A DNA stretch of 64,000 nucleotides from Prevotella sp. CAG:279. GTDB taxonomy: Bacteria > Bacillota > Clostridia > Lachnospirales > Lachnospiraceae. This document shows, piece after piece, positions 9,563 to 18,032 of the stretch. Location: NCBI GenBank assembly GCA_963637995.1, contig CAVHPN010000006.1, positions 18,068 through 82,067 of the forward strand, read 5' to 3'. How positions within the stretch are numbered: the stretch's first letter is position 1; the number at the start of each line of letters is the position of its first letter. The notes under the pieces are model-generated. The model was given only the letters and a program-made list of their open reading frames with translations, made no database searches and was not told the DNA's origin. The translations under genes were made by a program, and so were the position numbers.

Positions 9563-10957
9563 ATGAGAAAAGCGATTTTGATGAAATTTATTCATCTGCT
9601 GTTTCTTGCACTGATCCTAAATACATTTATTGCATTTGTAGTTACAAGCAGTCTGTTACTCAAACGGTCAAGGGAAGATATGCATTTTGCATTGAAATCC
9701 GTTGACCGTATGTTGGATTATAGGGGAAATGTAAAAGAACAGCTGATGGAACTGGATGATCTTGCCGATGAGAGCCGTTATACACTGATAGCAATGGATG
9801 GCACGGTTATAGCCGACACTGAAGTGACGGATGTGTCACATATGGAAAATCATCTTAAGAGGCAGGAAGTGAAGGATGCACTGCAGACAGGATATGGATA
9901 TTCTGTGCATCGTTCCGGGACGCTTGGAATGCAAATGGCATATGCAGCCATCCCTTCATCGGATGGCAATTATATACTTAGACTTTCTGCGCGTTCGACA
10001 GGGCTTGCCGAATATATGCTTATGCTGATACCGGCGGCATTTTTAAGCTTTGGAATTGCTTTTTTTGCTTCGGTTTCGGAAGCAGAGCGGTTTTCACAGT
10101 CTATTACACGTCCGTTACAGGAGATTTCAAGTGAAATGGTGCGGATGGACAATGACTATACATCTTTCAGATTTGAAAAATGTCAATATGACGAAATCAA
10201 TGTCATTGCGGATACAACGACAAACATGTCGAGAAATATGAAAAAATACCTGGAGCGCATCGACAGAGAAAAACAGATCAGACAGGAATTTTTCAGCAAC
10301 GCTTCTCATGAGTTGAAAACACCGATAACCTCGATTCGAGGTTATGTCGAACTTCTTGAAAGCGGCATGGTTAAGGATCAGGCTACGGTAAAGGACTTCC
10401 TTGGACGTATCAAAAAGGAAGCAGTGCGGATGACAAGCCTCGTTGACGATATTCTGATGATTTCACGTCTGGAATCTGATGGTGCAAAAGTAGATATTAT
10501 TTCCATCAACACATCAGAGCTCCTCGATGAATGCCTTTCATCCATTGATTCTCAGGCGGCAGCCCGTGGTATTACGGTACATAGAGAATGTGAAGATTTT
10601 ATTATTCACGCCGATTTGAGGCAGATGCAGGAGTTGTTTAACAATCTTCTGACCAACGCTGTAAAATATAACAATGAGGGTGGAGAGATCTGGGTTCAGG
10701 TCAAACATTGGGGCGCTGATATGATCCTTACTGTCCGAGATACAGGAGTGGGCATACCTTCAGACTGTAAAAATCGCATTTTTGAACGGTTTTACCGTGT
10801 AGACAAAGGCCGGAGCCGCAAACAGGGAGGTACCGGACTGGGACTTTCCATAGTAAAACATATTGTCAATTATTACCATGGCACTGTCAGTGTCAAATCC
10901 GAGTTGGGGAAGGGCTCAACTTTTGAGGTAAAGCTGCAAATTGCCGAGGCAAAGTAA
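9563..10957 (+). CDS. Sensor histidine kinase (PhoR-like, no obvious PAS domain)
   Basis: Two TM segments, MENHLKRQEV sensor motif, ASHELKTP H-box, FERFYRVDKGRSR, GGTGLGLSIVKH. Confidence 0.9.
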   Translation: MRKAILMKFIHLLFLALILNTFIAFVVTSSLLLKRSREDMHFALKSVDRMLDYRGNVKEQLMELDDLADESRYTLIAMDGTVIADTEVTDVSHMENHLKRQEVKDALQTGYGYSVHRSGTLGMQMAYAAIPSSDGNYILRLSARSTGLAEYMLMLIPAAFLSFGIAFFASVSEAERFSQSITRPLQEISSEMVRMDNDYTSFRFEKCQYDEINVIADTTTNMSRNMKKYLERIDREKQIRQEFFSNASHELKTPITSIRGYVELLESGMVKDQATVKDFLGRIKKEAVRMTSLVDDILMISRLESDGAKVDIISINTSELLDECLSSIDSQAAARGITVHRECEDFIIHADLRQMQELFNNLLTNAVKYNNEGGEIWVQVKHWGADMILTVRDTGVGIPSDCKNRIFERFYRVDKGRSRKQGGTGLGLSIVKHIVNYYHGTVSVKSELGKGSTFEVKLQIAEAK

Positions 10958-11018
10958 GTTGCCAAATGCCCATCCATCCTCGCGTGCAAGCACGCGGTCT
11001 GTCTGGTCGCTTGGCAAC
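10958..11018. repeat. Palindromic REP-like element directly after the stop codon
   Basis: GTTGCCAA...TTGGCAAC termini enclosing CGCGTGC-AA-GCACGCG. Confidence 0.7.
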
Positions 11019-11038
11019 ACTTTCAGAATATTTTTCAG

Positions 11039-11067
11039 TTGACTCTTTTTATCATTTATAGTATGAT
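11039..11067 (+). promoter_or_regulatory. Sigma-A promoter of the ABC transporter
   Basis: TTGACT-N17-TATGAT. Confidence 0.75.
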
Positions 11068-11082
11068 TACTTTAAAGTGCAA

Positions 11083-11102
11083 CACTTTAACTCAATGAAG
11101 TG
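11083..11102. promoter_or_regulatory. Dyad operator-like site downstream of the promoter
   Basis: CACTTTA-N6-TGAAGTG imperfect 20-bp palindrome. Confidence 0.5.
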
Positions 11103-11127
11103 ATTAAATGGTTCAGGAGGAAGGATT

Positions 11128-12147
11128 ATGAAAAAAACAAAAAAACTTGCAGCTTTGATGCTTGCCGGTGTTATGGCAGCATCACTTGCAGCCTGTGGAG
11201 CAAAGACTGATGCTGATTCTACAGCAGCTGAGTCAGCAGATAGTGACAGCAAGAGCGCGGCAGAGTCCGGTGATGGAGAGACCTACAAGATTGGTGTATT
11301 ACAGCTTACACAGCATGTGGCTCTGGATAAGACGAATGAGGGCTTTGTTGCAGCATTAGATGATGCAGGCATCAAATATGAGATAGATCAGCAGAACGCA
11401 GCAGGTGAACAGTCAGCTTGTCAGACTATCGCAGAGAAGCTGGTAAATGATAAGAATGACCTTATTTTTGCCATTGCGACTCCGGCAGCTCAGGCTGTTG
11501 CGGGCGTGACAGATTCTATTCCGATCCTTGTAAGTGCTGTTACTGATCCGGCTGCATCAGGATTGGTTGAGTCTAATGAGCACCCGGGTGGAAATGTATC
11601 CGGTACTTCTGACCTTACACCGGTAAAAGAGCAGATTGACCTTATGCAGCAGATTGTTCCGGATGTAAAGAAAGTCGGACTTCTCTACAGCAGTGCCGAG
11701 GCTAATTCGGTTATTCAGATTGACATTGCAAAAGAGGCATTAGATACGGCCGGTATCGAGTATGAAGATTTCACTGTTTCAAATTCCAATGAGATTCCTA
11801 CAGTTGTAGAGTCTATGGTGGGCAAAGTTGACTGTGTATACACACCTACCGATAACATGATTGCAGCCGGTATGGCAACCGTAGCTATGGTGGCAAATGA
11901 GAATAAGCTTCCGGTTATTTGCGGTGAAAAAGGTATGGTAGATGCAGGCGGACTGGCTACATATGGTATTGACTACTATCAGTTGGGATATATGACCGGT
12001 GAGCAGGCTGTTAAGATTCTGACCGAAGGCGCAGATATCTCTGAGATGCCGATTGGTTATCTGGATGCATCAAAATGTGAACTGACAATCAATGAAGATA
12101 CAGCAAAAACATTGGGAATCGATGTATCTGCAGTTCAAAAACGATAA
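11128..12147 (+). CDS. ABC transporter substrate-binding lipoprotein (ABC_sub_bind / TrpX-like; probably aromatic amino acid)
   Basis: Lipobox LAAC; HVALD, IATPAAQ, AVTDP, NVSGTSD and PTDN motifs. Confidence 0.88.
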   Translation: MKKTKKLAALMLAGVMAASLAACGAKTDADSTAAESADSDSKSAAESGDGETYKIGVLQLTQHVALDKTNEGFVAALDDAGIKYEIDQQNAAGEQSACQTIAEKLVNDKNDLIFAIATPAAQAVAGVTDSIPILVSAVTDPAASGLVESNEHPGGNVSGTSDLTPVKEQIDLMQQIVPDVKKVGLLYSSAEANSVIQIDIAKEALDTAGIEYEDFTVSNSNEIPTVVESMVGKVDCVYTPTDNMIAAGMATVAMVANENKLPVICGEKGMVDAGGLATYGIDYYQLGYMTGEQAVKILTEGADISEMPIGYLDASKCELTINEDTAKTLGIDVSAVQKR

Positions 12148-12202
12148 TATAGCAGGCATCAAGGTCGGGAGATTTTGTTCCTGACATTACAAATAAAAGC
12201 AG

Positions 12203-12253
12203 ACTGTCAGATCGGCAACTAACAAGCTAAAAGCGGATCTGACAGTTCTTTTT
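12203..12253 (+). terminator. Intra-operon stem-loop/terminator after the binding-protein gene
   Basis: ACTGTCAGATC...GATCTGACAGT followed by TCTTTTT. Confidence 0.65.
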
Positions 12254-12275
12254 ACATTTACAGGAGGTAAAATCT

Positions 12276-13193
12276 TTGAGCGGATTAATAGTTTCTCTTC
12301 AGGGTGCTGTTGCGCAGGGAGTTCTCTGGGGAATTATGGTACTGGGAGTTTATATTACATTTCGTCTGATGAATATAGCAGATATGACGGTAGACGGAAG
12401 TTTTGCACTGGGAGCTTGCGTATGTGCTGTTTTAGTTGTAAATAAGGGCGTAAATCCGATTTTGGCACTTTTAGTTGCCGCAATCGCAGGTGTGATAGCC
12501 GGTGCAGTAACCGGAATTTTACATACGGTTTTTGAAATTCCTGCAATTCTGGCCGGAATTCTGACTCAGATATCTCTGTGGTCTATCAATCTTCGTATTA
12601 TGGGCGGAAAAAGCAATCTGCCGCTTTTGAAGGTAACAACTCTTATCAGCGGACTTGCATCTTCCTTTGGCATGACGCAGGCGCAGGCGTCTATGATAGT
12701 CGGTATTGTTCTTGCAGTAGTCGTGATTTTCTTTTTGTATTGGTTCTTTGGAACAGAGATCGGAAGTGCGATGCGTGCAACAGGAAATAATGAGGATATG
12801 GTTCGCGCACTTGGTGTAGACACACGCATGATGAAGCTTTTATCGCTTATGCTGAGTAATGGTCTTGTAGGTTTATCAGGTGCATTGGTCTGCCAGAGCC
12901 AGAAATATGGTGATGTCGGCAGCGGTACCGGTGCAATCGTTATAGGACTTGCAGCCATAGTTATCGGAGAGGTTATTATGGGGCGTCTGACTTCCTTCTA
13001 CTGGAAACTTACATCAGTTGTTGTAGGCTCTGTTATTTATTTTGTAATACGTGCCGTAGTACTTCGAATGGGTATGGACGCAAATGATATGAAACTGCTT
13101 TCTGCCGTTATTGTAGCCCTTGCTCTTTGTATTCCGGTTGCCCTTTCAAAGTACAGGCTAAGAAAAGAATATTCTGAAGGAGGCGAGGAGTAA
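12276..13193 (+). CDS. ABC transporter permease
   Basis: TTG start after AGGAGG; DMTVDGSF and GSAMRATGNN motifs; multiple TM helices. Confidence 0.88.
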   Translation: MSGLIVSLQGAVAQGVLWGIMVLGVYITFRLMNIADMTVDGSFALGACVCAVLVVNKGVNPILALLVAAIAGVIAGAVTGILHTVFEIPAILAGILTQISLWSINLRIMGGKSNLPLLKVTTLISGLASSFGMTQAQASMIVGIVLAVVVIFFLYWFFGTEIGSAMRATGNNEDMVRALGVDTRMMKLLSLMLSNGLVGLSGALVCQSQKYGDVGSGTGAIVIGLAAIVIGEVIMGRLTSFYWKLTSVVVGSVIYFVIRAVVLRMGMDANDMKLLSAVIVALALCIPVALSKYRLRKEYSEGGEE

Positions 13194-13990
13194 TGCTTAC
13201 GATCACAAATGTCAGAAAAACCTTTAATAAGGGAACAGTCAACGAAAAAAAGGCACTTAACGGTATCAATCTGCACCTTGCTCCGGGAGATTTTGTTACA
13301 ATCATCGGCGGAAACGGTGCCGGAAAATCAACAATGTTAAATATGATTGCAGGAGTATATCCGATTGATTCCGGTAAAATTGAAATCGATGGTGTAAATA
13401 TTTCGAGAGAACCGGAATATAAACGTGCAAAATATATAGGCAGAGTTTTTCAGGATCCTATGCGCGGAACTGCTTCTAATATGGAAATTCAGGAGAATCT
13501 GGCCATGGCGCTTCGTCGCGGCAAGGCGAGAGGACTTGGATGGGGAATAAAGAAGAATGAAAAGGATTTCTATCGTGAATCCCTTGCTCAGCTTGATTTG
13601 GGATTGCAAACCAGAATGACAAGCAAAGTCGGCCTGTTATCCGGCGGCCAGCGGCAGGCTCTTACACTTCTTATGGCGACGCTGCAGAAACCAAAACTGC
13701 TGCTTTTGGATGAACACACCGCAGCTCTGGATCCGAAAACAGCTAGAAAAGTGCTTGATCTGACCGAGAAGATTGTAGACGAGCAAAATTTAACCGCACT
13801 CATGGTCACTCATAATATGAAAGATGCGATTCAGATCGGAAATCGTCTTATCATGATGCATGAGGGCAGAATTATTTACGATATAGCCGGAGAAGAAAAG
13901 AAAAATCTTCAAGTAGAGGATTTGCTTGAAAGGTTTGAAAAAGTAAGCGGTGAAGAATTCGCAAATGACCGTATGATGCTGGCAAAATAA
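13193..13990 (+). CDS. ABC transporter ATP-binding protein
   Basis: GGNGAGKST, LSGGQRQ and LLLDEHTAALDP motifs. Confidence 0.92.
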   Translation: MLTITNVRKTFNKGTVNEKKALNGINLHLAPGDFVTIIGGNGAGKSTMLNMIAGVYPIDSGKIEIDGVNISREPEYKRAKYIGRVFQDPMRGTASNMEIQENLAMALRRGKARGLGWGIKKNEKDFYRESLAQLDLGLQTRMTSKVGLLSGGQRQALTLLMATLQKPKLLLLDEHTAALDPKTARKVLDLTEKIVDEQNLTALMVTHNMKDAIQIGNRLIMMHEGRIIYDIAGEEKKNLQVEDLLERFEKVSGEEFANDRMMLAK

Positions 13991-14098
13991 CCCTTTTAGT
14001 ATATTTTAAACTTACGTGAACAGTAATAATCTCCTGACACTTAACATTTCTGTAATTATTCATTCATGGAAATTTCATATTTGCATCAGTCTCATTCC

Positions 14099-14127
14099 TT
14101 GGCAAGTATTGAAGAATATGGTAAAAT
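14099..14127 (+). promoter_or_regulatory. Sigma-A promoter upstream of the NlpC/P60 pair
   Basis: TTGGCA-N17-TAAAAT with TG extension. Confidence 0.6.
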
Positions 14128-14300
14128 GATACCAGGTTTACAAGGTCAGAAGTTCGACGCAAGCTTGATTGCGGGAGAACTTTTGACTTTGGGGCCCGCC
14201 AAAAACATGAGTAAGTAGCCATTTTTTAAGAAAAATGAGCGAATTGCGAATGTTTTTGAAAATTGCGAGAGCACATCGTGCGGAGCAATTTGGTATCATT
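14125..14300 (+). ncRNA. Four-stem structured element (candidate Clostridiales-1-like RNA motif or MITE-like repeat)
   Basis: Terminal IR AATGATACCA/TGGTATCATT enclosing three hairpins (14141-14191, 14200-14258, 14260-14291); G-U pairs favour the + strand. Confidence 0.6.
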
Positions 14301-14368
14301 AGTTGCTGGACGACTATGAATGTAGTATGTTCAGACCTAGTATTATAAGAAAATCAGGAGAGATCTAC

Positions 14369-16087
14369 ATGTTAGATGAAAATATAAAGGAAAACACGGA
14401 GCAAAACGAAGTAGCAGAAGCCGGTGTGGAATCAGCTGATAATGATAATTCAAAATCCGCACAGACTAAAGCAGATTCAGACTCTGTAATTCGTAAGGCC
14501 GATTCAGATTCTGTTCTTCGTAATGATGACAAGTTACCTTCGGGTAATGTTATGAGAAGATCACGTAAACGTCTTGTTGATGGTTCCGAACGTAAATTCC
14601 ATTATCCGGTCGTGGCTGCAGGTGTAGTACTTGCCCTTGCCATTGCAGCTGTAGCAGGTAAGTCGCTTATTAGCCGTAAAGGAGGAGAACAGTCGGGTAA
14701 AAATGTCATGACTGCGTCTCAAATTTCTGAAAATGCTGATTCATCAAAATCGGAAGAAGAATTATCCAAAGAAAAAGAAGCAGTTGTCGATTCCTATAAA
14801 AATCTTGGCATTGTTCAGGTTTCAGGTTATCTAAACATCCGCGAATCTGCAAGTACAGATGCAGACATTATCGGAAAATTGCTTGGAGACAGTGCATGCG
14901 AGATTACAGATGATTCAATAGAAGGGTGGTATCAGATAGAATCCGGCGGTATTTCCGGATATATCAGTTCGGAATTTGTGCTTACAGGTGATGAGGCCAG
15001 AAAGAAGGCACTCGAACTGGTTGAGAAGCGTGCAATTATAACAGCTGATTCTTTGAATATACGAAAAGAACCGAATACCGATTCCGAAGTAGTAGGACAG
15101 GCACTCAAAAATGAACGCTATACAGTTGAGGATGAATCTGATGATGGTTGGATAAAGATTCCGAGCGGTTATATTTCTGCTGATTATGCAAAGATTCGCT
15201 ATGCGCTCAATGAAGCACGAAAACTGGATATGCGTGCAATGGTTCTTAATTTATATAAGAATCTCGGTATTTCCAGCGTTGATAATTATCTTAATGTTCG
15301 TGACCAGCCAAGTGAAAATGGCAACATTATAGGTAAGATGACCAGTAAATCCGCCGGAGAGATTCTGGAGAAGACCGAAGATGGTGAATGGTATAAGATT
15401 CAGTCAGGTTCTGTTACCGGATATGTAAAATCAGAATATATACTTACCGGAGATGCTGCGAAACAGGAGGCTATGGATGTAGCTGAGCTTATGGCGATTG
15501 TCTCTACCGATCGTCTGAATGCAAGAACCGAGCCCAGTACAGATGCACCCATCTGGACCCAGATTTCCAATAATGAGCGATATGATGTCATAAGTCAGCA
15601 GGATGGCTGGGTAGAGATAGCACTTGATACAACAAGTGCTTATGTCTCCACGGATTTCGTTGATGTGCGTTATGCGCTGCCGGAAGCCATACCGTTTTCG
15701 CCTGTAAAGGAACAGTCGTCACTGAGGAGTCAGATTGTCAACTATGCACTTCAGTTTGTAGGCAATCGATATGTATGGGGTGGAAATGATCCGCATACCG
15801 GTGTGGATTGTTCCGGTTTTACAAAATATGTATACAGCCATGTGGCAGGGATCACATTGCCGCGTGTATCCAGGGATCAGGCTCGAACAGGCACAAAAAT
15901 CGATTCTTCAAAGATGCGTCCGGGTGACCTGATATTCTATACTAACCGTTCCGGTACGGTCAATCATGTTGCAATGTATATAGGGAACGGTCAGATTGTC
16001 CATGCAGCAAGCCGGAGAAGCGGTATTAAAATTTCAACATGGAATTATCGAAATCCGTACCGGATTGTCAATATGATTGGAGACTGA
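14369..16087 (+). CDS. Membrane-anchored peptidoglycan endopeptidase: 4x SH3b + NlpC/P60
   Basis: ATG 14369 after AGGAG; one TM helix; four LN(I/V/A)R SH3b repeats; YVWGG, DCSGF, PGDLIFY, HVAMY and HA (Cys-His-His triad). Confidence 0.9.
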   Translation: MLDENIKENTEQNEVAEAGVESADNDNSKSAQTKADSDSVIRKADSDSVLRNDDKLPSGNVMRRSRKRLVDGSERKFHYPVVAAGVVLALAIAAVAGKSLISRKGGEQSGKNVMTASQISENADSSKSEEELSKEKEAVVDSYKNLGIVQVSGYLNIRESASTDADIIGKLLGDSACEITDDSIEGWYQIESGGISGYISSEFVLTGDEARKKALELVEKRAIITADSLNIRKEPNTDSEVVGQALKNERYTVEDESDDGWIKIPSGYISADYAKIRYALNEARKLDMRAMVLNLYKNLGISSVDNYLNVRDQPSENGNIIGKMTSKSAGEILEKTEDGEWYKIQSGSVTGYVKSEYILTGDAAKQEAMDVAELMAIVSTDRLNARTEPSTDAPIWTQISNNERYDVISQQDGWVEIALDTTSAYVSTDFVDVRYALPEAIPFSPVKEQSSLRSQIVNYALQFVGNRYVWGGNDPHTGVDCSGFTKYVYSHVAGITLPRVSRDQARTGTKIDSSKMRPGDLIFYTNRSGTVNHVAMYIGNGQIVHAASRRSGIKISTWNYRNPYRIVNMIGD

Positions 16088-16102
16088 TAGGGAGAGTACA
16101 GC

Positions 16103-17800
16103 ATGGAAGAACAAAAGACTGAAAACTATAAAGAAAGATTACTCAAAGCACGAAAAAGACGAAATGGCAAAGAACCGATGAGACTGCTTATGCTGGCAGG
16201 TCTGGCAATCATTGTAGTGCTGGTTCTGGTCATAGTAGTTAAGCTTGCCAGAGGCGGTACGTTTGGAACCGGTAAAAAAGAAGGCACAATACCTGCTTCG
16301 CAAGAAGAAACTGAGGTTCAAGAGACTGCTATAGGTGAGACTATCGAGGAAGATGAAGAGCAGGCAAAAGAAGATGAAGAAAAGAAAAATGTAGTTGAAT
16401 CTTACAATAATCTTGGTATTGTCAAGGTGTCAGGTTACCTCAATATGCGTGAGAGTGCCAACACAACTTCGGAGGTAATAGGTAAATTGATGGGCGGCAG
16501 TGCCTGTGAGATTTTAGATGATTCAGAGGAAGGCTGGTACAAAGTCTCATCCGGCGGACTTGAAGGATATATCAGTTCAGAATTTGTACAGACAGGTGAG
16601 GAGGCCAAAACAGAGGCATTTGAACTTGTTAAAAAGATGGCGGTTATCACAGCGGACAAATTGAATATTCGAAGCGAGCCAAATGAAGATGCGCAGGTGC
16701 TGGAACAGGCGCTGAAAAACGAAAGATATTCCATCATCAGTGAACAGGACGGATGGATTCAGATCAGTGAAGGCTATATTTCAGCGGATTATGTAGACGT
16801 TCGGTATGCCTTGAATGAGGCCAGAAAACTTGATCTGAGAACCATGGTCCTCAATATGTATGATAATCTTGGTATTTCCAATGTAAATAATTACCTGAAT
16901 ATACGTGTGGAACCTAAAGAAGATGCCAAAATTATCGGCAAGATGACCAGTAAGTCAGGCGGTGAGATTCTCGAAACCACTGAGGATGGCGGATGGTATA
17001 AGATTAAGTCAGGTCCGGTAACAGGCTATGTCAAGTCGGAGTTTATTCTGACAGGAGATGCAGCTAAGGAAGAGGCATTGAATGTTGCCCAGCTGATGGC
17101 AATCGTATCTACTGATAAACTGAATGCAAGAACCGAGCCCAATACGGACGCACCGATTTGGACACAGATTTCCAACAGCGAACGCTACAGCGTTATGAGT
17201 CAGCAAGATGGATGGGTACAGATCGCCCTTGACGAAACAAGTGCCTATGTAGCTACGGAATTTGTTGATGTTCGCTATGCTTTAAATGAGGCTATCGAGT
17301 TCACTCCGGTGGAAGAAACTCCGGAACCGGAAACAAAGGCAGAGAGCAGCAAGGGCAGTTCTGGAAGCAAAAACAGCAGTAAAGGAAGCAACAAGGACAG
17401 TTCTGGAAGTCAGAATGCATCTTCAAGCGGCTCCTCTAAGCGTGCTCAGATTGCAAACTATGCAACGCAGTTCCTCGGAAACCCGTATGTATGGGGTGGC
17501 ACAAGCCTTACTAACGGTGCAGACTGCTCAGGATTTACGATGTCAGTCATGGCTCATTTTGGCGTGAGTCTTCCGCATCATTCAGGTTCTCAGGCAGGTG
17601 CAGGAAAGAGTATCAGCTCATCTCAGATGAGGCCGGGAGATCTGATATTCTACACTAACAGCAGCGGAACTATCAACCATGTAGCTCTTTATATCGGTGG
17701 TGGCCGAGTATGCCACGCATCCAATGCAAGAGACGGTATTAAGATCTCCACATGGAACTACAGAACTCCGGCGAAGATTGTAAATGTTTTGGGAGATTAA
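16103..17800 (+). CDS. Paralogous peptidoglycan endopeptidase: 4x SH3b + Ser-rich linker + NlpC/P60
   Basis: Same architecture as the upstream gene; YVWGG, DCSGF and HVALY motifs. Confidence 0.9.
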   Translation: MEEQKTENYKERLLKARKRRNGKEPMRLLMLAGLAIIVVLVLVIVVKLARGGTFGTGKKEGTIPASQEETEVQETAIGETIEEDEEQAKEDEEKKNVVESYNNLGIVKVSGYLNMRESANTTSEVIGKLMGGSACEILDDSEEGWYKVSSGGLEGYISSEFVQTGEEAKTEAFELVKKMAVITADKLNIRSEPNEDAQVLEQALKNERYSIISEQDGWIQISEGYISADYVDVRYALNEARKLDLRTMVLNMYDNLGISNVNNYLNIRVEPKEDAKIIGKMTSKSGGEILETTEDGGWYKIKSGPVTGYVKSEFILTGDAAKEEALNVAQLMAIVSTDKLNARTEPNTDAPIWTQISNSERYSVMSQQDGWVQIALDETSAYVATEFVDVRYALNEAIEFTPVEETPEPETKAESSKGSSGSKNSSKGSNKDSSGSQNASSSGSSKRAQIANYATQFLGNPYVWGGTSLTNGADCSGFTMSVMAHFGVSLPHHSGSQAGAGKSISSSQMRPGDLIFYTNSSGTINHVALYIGGGRVCHASNARDGIKISTWNYRTPAKIVNVLGD

Positions 17801-17858
17801 AGGTTACTGATTGCTGTTCTTGTGGGCATGAACAGTTTCAACTAAAGAAAAGTTTTGG

Positions 17859-17896
17859 CAAAGGGAAGAAGTGATTTATTAGCTTCTTCCCTTTTG
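17859..17896 (+). terminator. Intrinsic terminator
   Basis: AAAGGGAAGAAG...CTTCTTCCCTTTT. Confidence 0.75.
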
Positions 17897-17935
17897 AATT
17901 GAAAGTGATGTCAAAAAGCAATGCGGAATGCGAAA

Positions 17936-17949
17936 CGAATATATGTTCG
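17936..17949. promoter_or_regulatory. Putative LexA (SOS) box
   Basis: CGAATATATGTTCG; one mismatch to the Firmicute CGAAC-N4-GTTCG consensus. Confidence 0.55.
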
Positions 17950-17966
17950 GTTTTTTAATGAAGGCA

Positions 17967-17995
17967 TTGCTTTTTTTTTTGATTTTGGTTATACT
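17967..17995 (+). promoter_or_regulatory. Sigma-A promoter of ftsK containing a T10 tract
   Basis: TTGCTT-N17-TATACT. Confidence 0.65.
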
Positions 17996-18032
17996 GATTA
18001 GGATATTGATTAGATAACGGAGGCATGAATAA

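Noticed and set aside
10958..11127. T-box or riboswitch ahead of the ABC transporter
   Set aside because: The hairpin lies upstream of the predicted promoter, and the leader is only about 55 nt
13991..14368. c-di-AMP (ydaO) riboswitch upstream of the NlpC/P60 genes
   Set aside because: The context fits, but the conserved GCTGAA and GGGAACC/GTCAGCTAA-type segments are not visible and there is no expression-platform terminator
14303..14368. Longer N-terminal extensions in the ORF track (also starts at 493, 28759, 41682, 50555, 50696, 56222 and 60220)
   Set aside because: Downstream start codons have better-placed SD sequences and match the expected family N-termini
17900..17913. CcpA cre-like TGAAAGTGATGTCA
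   Set aside because: Lacks the central CG; weak match with no catabolic gene context
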